Made by a program: the position numbers and the translations under genes. Below the pieces are notes generated by a model. That model did not search any database, had not been told where the DNA came from, and saw nothing but the letters and a program-made list of their open reading frames with translations. A DNA stretch of 64,000 bases from Eledone cirrhosa (Eukaryota): contig OZ024742.1 of NCBI GenBank assembly GCA_964016885.1, positions 105,400,001 through 105,464,000 of the forward strand, in the 5' to 3' direction. Below, piece by piece: positions 51,500 through 64,000 of the stretch (positions within the stretch are counted from its first letter, which is position 1; every line of letters starts with the position of its first letter).

Positions 51500-54020
51500 A
51501 CTTAGGCTCACAATAAAAGCCTGGTCATCACAACCATTTCTCACCTTAGTTTGGAATCGAGCTTGGTGCCTATCAACAGGCAACCAATAAATCTTTAAAA
51601 AGCTGTTAATGCCAAATTCAGCGAATTTGACATTAAAGGGACTGTTTGTCTCCTCTCTGTCCTCTCTTGCACAGGGAAAACCAGATTCTCTCGAGTGACT
51701 GAAAGAGTAGCACCCATCGACCCCTCCAGATGACCAGTTATACTGGCCCGAACCATCAGAATACTCAAGACTGGTTTACACTACTCATAACATCAGGAAG
51801 GCAATTGAATCCTTCCCTGCTGATTCTGGTGCGGGGATTGATGATCTATGACCTTAGAACCTCAAGGATGGTATTTCCTTATCGTCCCGTGATGTTGGAC
51901 GTCTCGGAGAGTCTGACTCAGTTCTCTTCAGAGAACATTCTGCCCTATATCTGTCCACTGTTCTTCGGTGCGAAACTATTTGGACTCACAAAGCCCAATG
52001 GAGACTTCATCCCATTGCGGTTTGTTGCACCCTTCATTGTCTTACTGCAAAAGTGTGTTTGCTATCGGTCTCTGATTCACTGTTGGCAGAATTTTCACCC
52101 ATCCAGTTAGGGGTGGGTACTAAGCTGGGACGTGAGGCTGCTGCCCACACTACCAGAGCCTCTACCAACTTGCCCTCCAAGTTCCCTACGTCATCCTCAA
52201 ACTTGACCTCAAGAATACCTTCAATTCCATCAGCTGTGATATTGTCCTCAGCTCAGTAAGGGAGAGGATCCCACAACTCTATCACTTTGCTTGGCAGGCT
52301 TATTGAGAGCCCTCTCTTTTGGTGATCAAATATTCATTTCTGCCTCAGGAATTCAACAGGGTGACCCACTCGGGCTTGCTCTGTTTGCACTGGGCATTGA
52401 TGACATCACCAAGATGGGAGTTGAGTTGGATTTAAACATTTGGTATCTTGATGACGCTTATTTGGAGGGACCTCCAACTGCAAATAAAATGATTGAAGAG
52501 CTTGGTTGTCGGGGTCTGCAGGTCAATAGCTCCAAATGTGAGCTCTAGATTCTCAATCACCCAGCTTCTCAACATCAGCAGGCAATAAACCTGTTTGCAG
52601 AGTCCTTCCTTCCATTGCAGTCCCTTCCCCGTCGGCATGGTGCTCCTTGGGTGCCCCAATTACAGATCTAGCTTTTGAGTCAAATTTCCAATCGAAGATA
52701 GCTGGCCTTGAGCAATTATTGAAGAACATTGAAGCAATCAAGGTTTTTTTATACTCAGGAATTACCTATTGATTCCTAAGCTTCTATATATGCTCAGGGT
52801 TAGTCTATCTCACAGATTTTCGTCATGTCTCCAACGCTTTGATGACCTAATCTTTTATGAGACTTGAGTGCTTGGTCAATGTCAGACTCTCCAGAGACCC
52901 ATGGTCAGGCTGCGTTTCCCAAACATTTTGGGGGCCTTGGTCTACGTAAATGTTCATCCCTCTCTCTCCCTTGTTTCCTTTCCTTCACCCATGCTTCATT
53001 CACCCTGGTTGGTAACATCCTCTCCTTTCCAACACTGACTAGTTCCAACAGGGAGCTGGATGAAGTTCTTCTACGATGGAGAGAGCTGGGTTTATCTGTC
53101 CCTGAAACGGGAAAGGATAATTGGAGACAGAAAGTTTGGGACAACATACATTCAAAGGCCATCTTTGACTCTCTCTTTGACCAGTCAGATTAGTTCTCAA
53201 GGTGCCGCTTACTGACGAGTAGCATCAAATACTCGGGTGACTGGGTTGATGCCCTATCCGTGGCTAATATCGTTGGCCTACTCAGCTTGGACAAGCTTCA
53301 TTGCTCTCAGAGTGTGAGCCGATATCTGTATGGATCTGAAATGTTAGTGTGGTAGGCTCCTCGACTCCACGGCCTATCTTCCTGGTCACTTCGCGCGTCA
53401 CTGAGGTAAGCCTCATCACAAGAGAGCTTTGACTCAGGCAAACAGCCCCTTAATTTTGGAACTGTCTGGGTTGTCCAGAATTAATGGAAAAAGGCCTGAC
53501 AATCTTACCCTGGATAAAAGGCAGGTGTCTTATCTGGGATGTCACAGTCAGTGACTCTTGCTTCTTCCCACATCCTGGATGCTGGGGTTAGGGCAAGAGA
53601 TTTAGCATCCATAGCTGAACAGAATACAATTCTGAAATACCAAGATCTGTCGGTTAACTACCTTTTTCACCCTGTGGCCTTTGAGTGAGACATTTGGAGG
53701 AGTTGGGCTGCTAACTATAAGATTCTTGTTATCACTGGTGGCTCACCTAACCAAGGTAGGCGTTTGGATGTTCCAGCACATCAGCCTTGCCATCACCCGA
53801 GGTATGCTGTGAGCGTGCTTGGCTTGCTTCAAAAATTATTCGAGACGTTTCTAGTGCTCCTCGCGATATTGTTACCTTTTGCTCTGGTAGTGGTTCGTTT
53901 GTTCACCCTTTTCACCTACATTTTGTTGTATGTGGTCCTAGATGTGTGTATTAGCCACTTGTGTGTTTTTTCTTTGCTTTTATTAAAATTGTAATATTAT
54001 TTGTACAACTGTGAATAAAG
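51500..54020 (+). mobile_element. CRE-clade-like non-LTR retrotransposon (RT plus REL endonuclease), decayed, antisense in CFAP53 intron 1
   Basis: FGAKLFGLTKPNG, QLGVG...EAAAH, LKLDLKNTFNSI, GIQQGDPLG, WYLDD, LGAPI, GGLGLR, KRPD, WDVTV, KY..L...F.PVAFE; AATAAA at 54014. Confidence 0.85.
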
Positions 54021-54026
54021 TTTTAT

Positions 54027-54402
54027 GGAGGCACATGGCTTAGTGGTTAGAGCATTGGCCTTGCAATAGAAAGGTTGTGAGTTCAATTCTCAGACCGGGT
54101 GATATGTTGTTTCCTTGAGCAAGACACTTTATTTCACATTGCTCCAGTTTACTCAGTTGTAGAAATGAGATGATAGGACTGGGGTCCCTATCATTCCACT
54201 GCAAAGTGGTCGTGGAGGTGCCACGGAAAAAAAGCACCCAGCCCACACTGAAGTGGACGTGTAGGCGCCACAGAAAAAAAAAGCACCCAGCACTCACTGT
54301 AAATGAGGTTAGGAAGGGCATCCAACTGTAGAAATCAAGCCAGAATCAGTTCCCGTCCCACCCTTGCAAGCAGGGAAAAGCGAACGCAAAATGATGATGA
54401 TG
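54027..54402 (+). mobile_element. SINE family B, full length
   Basis: Same head as 41413-41766, duplicated aaaaagcacccag..cacactg unit, (ATG)n tail. Confidence 0.9.
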
Positions 54403-54825
54403 TTCTTAATAGTCGATACATACATACATATAACACTTTATAGACATTACATTGTTGAATTTATATTCTTATAAAACATCTGAAATGTGAATGGAATTTT
54501 AGTACATAAACACAATTTATAATTAAATATATGAAAAAGGAAAAATGTAGAAGACTCGTACTTCCAATCACACATCACAAGTGCCGCAAAAAATTAAATC
54601 AGTAATGATGGTGGTAGCTCACACGCAAAGACAATATATTTAAGAAAGTTATGAGGAAACAAAATCGGAGAGGATGGCGGCATTATTTTGTAATTACGTC
54701 CAGATTAAAGAAAAACACACACACACACAAATAAACACTGACGCTTAAAGAAGTCAAATGGGTCGCCTCTAGGTGACCATCCAATATGCTAGAAATAGTA
54801 GTCAAATCAATGTAGAGTAACTTAC

Positions 54826-54912
54826 AGATCCGTAAGAATTAGGGAACGTTCCACGAACAACCCGAGATCTCCGCTTTGATGCAGGTTGGACTGGTTGAAG
54901 AATTTTCGCCAT
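54826..54912 (-). CDS. CFAP53: CFAP53 exon 1 (MAKILQPVQPASKRRSRVVRGTFPNSYGS)
   Basis: ATG at 54912 in aatATGG context, 87 nt, GTAAGT donor, phase 0 into exon 2, CpG-richer surroundings. Confidence 0.8.
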
Positions 54913-54959
54913 ATTCCCCAACATTTTCGATTCCTATGTGTGTGTGTATTTGTGTACGT

Positions 54960-55180
54960 TTGTTAATGTTTATTTAGTGAATATAATATCTATACTGTGA
55001 TTGGGAAAATATTCCGTTGTGTTTGAGTTTCTTGTTAGTAACGGAAGTGTTATAGCCGTTGCTATTGGCGTGGTGCTATAGTTCATTCAACGCATTCTCT
55101 GTTTATAATTAACCGCTCGCTGGTCACCTGCATTGAAATAATAATTCTCGTTGTCAAGGAAGTGACGTCGGGAGACAACT
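54960..55180 (-). promoter_or_regulatory. Putative CFAP53 promoter: ETS (ACGGAAGTG 55041), overlapping ETS-CRE (GGAAGTGACGTC 55158), RFX X-box-like half-sites (55058, 55150, 55167-55179), forkhead-like TGTTTA (54968)
   Basis: Motifs read directly 50-270 bp upstream of the ATG in CpG-enriched, repeat-free DNA. RFX/FOXJ1 control of motile-cilia genes is established. The X-boxes are imperfect. Confidence 0.55.
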
Positions 55181-55513
55181 AATTAGATATGACTTTATAT
55201 GAACGATCATTCAAATAGTGTTAAATTATAACATAATTTGGCATACAACGCTATTAGCTGTCAGTCGAAGCAGCCGATGAAAGCAAAACATCGTTTATGT
55301 CCGTATTACTACCACGCGTAAGTGGAGTTACTTAAATGAAATTTTTTTTTTTCACGCGTTTTTTATTTTTTTTTAATTAAAGCATATAGATGTAAGTGGA
55401 GTTACTTAAATGAAAATATAGGTGGCCCTTAAAAGGGCCAAATTAGAATATACCGCTGCGTTTTTACAGTTTTACTAGTTACACATACACACACACACAT
55501 ATATATATATACA

Positions 55514-55591
55514 CACGGTGTCCCTCCAAAATATATACAAACTTTGATTACTTTGCTGTTGAAGTGTGTATACATTTTTTGGGACACTGTG
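55514..55591. mobile_element. 78-bp Tc1-like mini-MITE
   Basis: cacggtgtccc..caaaa ... ttttttgggacactgtg inverted ends, within TA/CA repeats. Confidence 0.55.
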
Positions 55592-55593
55592 TT

Positions 55594-55659
<66 letters not shown>

Positions 55660-56093
55660 GGGAAGGGAGAAATTTTGGGATGCTATACCTGACAATAAAA
55701 AAACCAAAATACACCCCTAACATTTGTCGGAATATCAATCACGAGAGTAGATAAATAAATATATAAATACATAAATAAGAAATGATAGAAAAGGAAAAGA
55801 AAATCCCTACATTATGTAATATTCCCAGTCACCCCTAAATTTCAAAACCGGGAGGGGAAAGTCCGAGGTATAAATCCCAAATGATGGTACCACAAATACT
55901 AGTGTATCCCTTCGCATTACAGTTTAAAGCAATACATATGATCGCTTTGATGACTCTTATTCGTTTCTAAGGGTCTCGTTTTCTCTCTTCTTTCTATCAT
56001 ATATATATGTCAAAATCTTTCCCTCTGTCTATCTCTTTCCCTCTCTGTCTATCTTTTACCATAAACACGATAATGATAATCAATTCAATTAAG

Positions 56094-56133
<40 letters not shown>

Positions 56134-56238
56134 AGCATTATTATTAAAATTAAATAACATTTATTCTGCGGCAGAGAGCTTCATCTACTCCATCATTCGC
56201 TCCTCCAGAATCGTAGTACTGGTCGTTATTGTATGTGC

Positions 56239-56300
<62 letters not shown>

Positions 56301-56933
56301 TGTGTATGTGTTTGTGTGTATATGTATATATGTTTGCGATCGTCACTATCGTCCTTCGTGAGGAGAATGCTGTGAACGTATTCACATATTTAGAGGTAAT
56401 ATCACGTGAACACAATCACGTGACAAATCACATTATTCTTTCAAAAGGAAAAGTTTGGCGCCATTTTTCTTTCAAAAGGAAAAGTTTAGCGCCAAAATTC
56501 TCTGAGTGTTTTCTGAAGCTGAGGAACCGGTGTTATTCCATTTCTGTCAACAATTACTGGCGAAAAAGATATCTTTGGATTTGTACGTGTGTTATATAGT
56601 TATAAAGGTATTTATTTACGCTTTAATTTATATTTTTAATTATCGTGTCTATAGTCTGCCTTTCATAGGTTATAGATTCTATACACTTGTGGTTTTTTCC
56701 TTGTTTTATTGATAGTGCACTGTATATCTCTCTCTAGTGTGTTACCTTTTCAACATATTGTATTTTAAAGAGCTCAGGATTTCTTCTCCTTTGAACACAT
56801 TATTTACAGGGAATGGCGAGGGTCTATGGCTCCGTTAATTTATCGTGATATTTCGCTCCTTATAACAGTATTTCCTATCCCTCTGTTTGGTTGAGCACAC
56901 TTCTCTGAGAGGCCTCTGGTTCACTGCACATCG

Positions 56934-57230
56934 TCCTTATTAAAGCAGTAGTTAGCTTTGTTGACCCCATGACAAGCTTCTCTAGTTTTCCAAGATCATC
57001 TGTATCATCCTTATTAAAGCAATGGTCAGCTTTACGGACCCCATGACAAGCTTCTCTAGTTTTCCCAGATCATTTGTATCATCCTTATTACAGCAGTGGT
57101 TAGATTTTACAGACCCCATGACAAGCTTCTCTAGTTTTCCCAGATCATTTGTATCATCCTTATTACAGCAGTGGTTAGACTTTACAGACCCCATGACAAG
57201 CTTCTCTTGTTTTTCCAGATCATTTGTATC
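56934..57230. repeat. Minisatellite, 4 x 74-75 bp
   Basis: Units start at 56934, 57008, 57082 and 57157 (tccttatt...gaccccatgacaagcttctctagttttcc.agatcat.tgtatc). Confidence 0.92.
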
Positions 57231-57727
57231 TCTTTTCACCAAACTTCTGTTGGTGATAAGAAGGGCATAACCATAATATTACATCCAATTATCTCTGTTA
57301 AAAATACTTAATTAGAGCAACTGTTTTCTAAGATGGAACAGGGGACACATTTCATATACATTCCTGTCAGTTTTGGCATGGTTTCTACAGCTAGATACTC
57401 TTTCTAGTACCAACTACTTTGATTGGTATTAGAAAGGGTATCTAGCTCAACCTACACTATATTGTTATGATTCAATACAAACATTTATCAAGCCAGTAAA
57501 ATCATACCAAAACTATGTCAAAACATGTTATATTTGGAAAAATTGAAAGATCTGAAGAAAAAAAAAAGAAAAGGTTTCATGTATTTGTTCTAATTAGGCA
57601 AGATTCCATTCCTTGAAACTGGAATATTTGTAAATAAATTCTCCAGAAATAAAGTCACACTCTAATTATATTTAGTACCGAATATACTTCCATTTTTTAT
57701 TGATAAAACATTGAGGAATACAGTTTA

Positions 57728-58610
57728 CCCTTTAGCATATAAACCAGCTGTATCTGACCAGAATTCGCTCATCTTTTTCTGTTCAAACCGGCTGTAGCCG
57801 GCTGCTCATTCTGATGTTAAGGTATTATTCTCAACATAAATAATATCAAAATCTCAGATTCGATATTATGTGAGATAATTATGTGAGGTAAAGCCTTTAC
57901 CATGAAAATATAATAGTAAATATAGAGTAATGTAAATGCTAAAGGGTTAACCCTGTAGCATTTAAACTGGCCGTATCTGGCCAGAATTCTCTCACCTCTT
58001 TCTGTTCAAACCAGCTGTAACTGGCGACTTGTATTTATGCTAAAGTATTGTTCTCAAAATAAATAATATCAAAATCTCATAGATTTGATATAATGTTAGA
58101 TAAAAATACAAGAGTAAATATAGAGTAATGCAAATGCTAAAGGTTAAATCCTTTCATTACCAGGAGAATTACCACTTATGAGTTTCAAATAATTTCGAAA
58201 TTTATGAAGACTTTTGAGTGTTTTAGTAATATAACTAACTTTCTCATAATTAAACTGGTGTTTGGAACATAACTTAACGAAGATTCTTAAAATATGGTGG
58301 AAGATTTTTAGGTAGATAAACCCTTTTGTGTCCATATTTCTAATGAAAGACACTGTTTATGTTTCAAATAATCTTTATAAATAATCAAGAATTTGGAGTG
58401 ATTTAACTAACTTTTTCATAATTAAGCTGGTGTTTGGATTATAATTTAACCCTTTAGCATTTAAACTGGCTGTATCCGGCCAGAATTCTCTCAGCTCTTT
58501 CTGTTCAGACCGGCCATAACTAGCTACTCATACTGATGTTAAGGTATTGTTCTCAAAATAAATATCAAAATATCATAGACTCAATATTATGTGAGATAAA
58601 GCCTTTAGTG
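57728..58610. mobile_element. Stack of piggyBac-like MITEs (57728-57946, 57951-58143, partial 58450-58610) around a second repeat related to 4420-4900
   Basis: Same family as 25092-25343; the first two copies share a single TTAA at 57947-57950. Confidence 0.82.
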
Positions 58611-58625
58611 TGTTACCTTTTCAAC

Positions 58626-58629
<4 letters not shown>

Positions 58630-58690
<61 letters not shown>

Positions 58691-58709
58691 ATATATATAT
58701 ATATATATA

Positions 58710-58775
<66 letters not shown>

Positions 58776-58780
58776 ATATG

Positions 58781-58839
<59 letters not shown>

Positions 58840-58923
58840 GTATATATATATATATATATATAATATGTATATATATATATAATGTATATATATATATATA
58901 TAATATGTATATATATATATATT

Positions 58924-58984
<61 letters not shown>

Positions 58985-59412
58985 GTATATATATATATAT
59001 ATAATATGTATATATATATATATATAATATGTATATATATATATATATAATATGTATATATATATCATCATCATCATCATCATCATCAACGTTTAACGTC
59101 CGTGTTCCACGCTTGCATGGGTTTGGACGGGGGTATATATATATATAATATGTATATATATATATATATATATAATATGTATATATATATATAATATGTA
59201 TATATATAATATGTATATATATAATATGTATATATATATATATATATATATAATATGTATATATATATATATATATATAATATGTATATATATATATAAT
59301 ATGTATATATATAATATGTATATATATATATGTATATATATATGTATATATGTATATATATATAATATGTATATATATATATATATAATATGTATATATA
59401 TATATATATATA

Positions 59413-59457
<45 letters not shown>

Positions 59458-59472
59458 GTATATATATATGTA

Positions 59473-59518
<46 letters not shown>

Positions 59519-59542
59519 GTATATATATATGTATATATGTAT

Positions 59543-59577
<35 letters not shown>

Positions 59578-59615
59578 AATATATATATATAATATATATA
59601 TAAATATATATATAT

Positions 59616-59663
<48 letters not shown>

Positions 59664-59664
59664 G
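58630..59664. repeat. (TA)n array with periodic TAATATG interruptions and an embedded LINE/SINE 3' stub at 59065-59133
   Basis: Direct reading. Confidence 0.95.
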
Positions 59665-59970
59665 CAAAAGTTTTATTTAAAATTGTTGGGTTACAACAAG
59701 TAAATATTTTATAACTGACAAGTTTTTGGAGTAGATATACGATATTAAACAAATGGAAACTATATTTATAAAACCATATTTATTTCATTATACATATTTC
59801 AGGGATACCATATTAAAAATTACCTCCGTTTCTTCTTTCTCTCCGTCTTTTTTCTAACTGTGCTTAACACTATAACTAAATAATTATAAACAAATCACTA
59901 CCCAGACAGCTTCCTAATATAATGGTCGCTTATAATATGGTACGTCAAAATTATTTATAAAACTGTTTAT

Positions 59971-60047
59971 ATATTGTATTTTATCTGACGAAGGCATGCC
60001 ATATTTTTAATATGGTATCCCTGAAATATGTATAATGAAATAAATAT
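59971..60047 (+). ncRNA. Atypical hammerhead-like fold with long helix II
   Basis: CTGACGA (59985) - aggcatgccatat/atatggtatccct - GAAA (60023) - tatg-t-ataa. Helix I pairs best if residue 17 is absent. Confidence 0.55.
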
Positions 60048-60085
60048 GGTTTTATAAATATAGTTTCCATTTGTTTAATATCGTA

Positions 60086-60167
<82 letters not shown>

Positions 60168-60333
60168 TGGAAAGTTATATTTAAATTGTTGGGTTACAAC
60201 TAGTAAATATTTATAACTGATATAAAAGCACTCGACAAATATTTGGAGTATATTTACAATATCAAATCAACCTTTTCAAATACAAGTCGATGTTGTTACG
60301 GTATGTCGAATCTATTTATCTATAAAACTGTTT

Positions 60334-60410
60334 ATATTGTATTTTGTCTGAGGAAGGCATAGCATATTGTTAATATGATATCCCTGAAATATATATAATG
60401 AAATAAATAT
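60334..60410 (+). ncRNA. Second, diverged copy of the atypical hammerhead-like fold
   Basis: CTGAGGA (60348) - aggcatagcatat/atatgatatccct - GAAA (60386) - tata-t-ataa. The core differs from the first copy only at the variable N7 position. Confidence 0.55.
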
Positions 60411-60446
60411 GGTTTTATAAATATAGTTTCCATTTATTTAATATTG

Positions 60447-64000
<3,554 letters not shown>

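Noticed and set aside
54027-54100. tRNA gene-like sequence (also 41695-41766 and near 14510)
   Set aside because: A and B boxes are present but run straight into a repeated SINE body with no acceptor stem or terminator.
56934-57270. Repeat-protein ORFs or a CRISPR-like array
   Set aside because: Contiguous 74-75-bp units with no unique spacers; the 74-bp units break the frame; eukaryotic context.

Overview
AT-rich, microsatellite-dense eukaryotic DNA; an octopus-like (coleoid cephalopod) origin is inferred from the repeat landscape, not proven. Two convergent spliced genes can be reconstructed by hand. (1) The last 8 exons of a serine incorporator (SERINC/TMS1 family) gene on + (134-16902; 5' part outside the window), with a GC-AG final intron. 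(2) A complete 7-exon CFAP53/CCDC11 gene on - (54912-32131, 518 aa), with an ETS/CRE/RFX-like promoter. The rest is transposon-derived: two tRNA-headed SINE families, RTE-type LINEs with a PHD-like finger, CRE-like and R4/Dong-like REL retrotransposon relics, Penelope-like RT and GIY-YIG fragments, a mariner-type transposase relic, several MITEs and kilobase (TA)n arrays. The most striking unannotated signal is a set of hammerhead-ribozyme folds: a canonical one at 23192-23273, a minimal one at 40143-40186, two atypical ones near 59985 and 60348, and a core-deleted one at 22583-22644. Each lies in a short non-coding island between (TA)n tracts, often with inverted duplications, as in Penelope pLTRs or retrozymes. 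Other leads: SINEs biased to the sense strand of both genes with tails abutting 3' splice sites; a SINE and its partner LINE sharing a 3' end; a 1.15-kb inverted LINE pair in a CFAP53 intron; and an in-frame splice acceptor just before a LINE ATG. All calls come from manual reading; no database searches or folding programs were run, and repeat boundaries are approximate.
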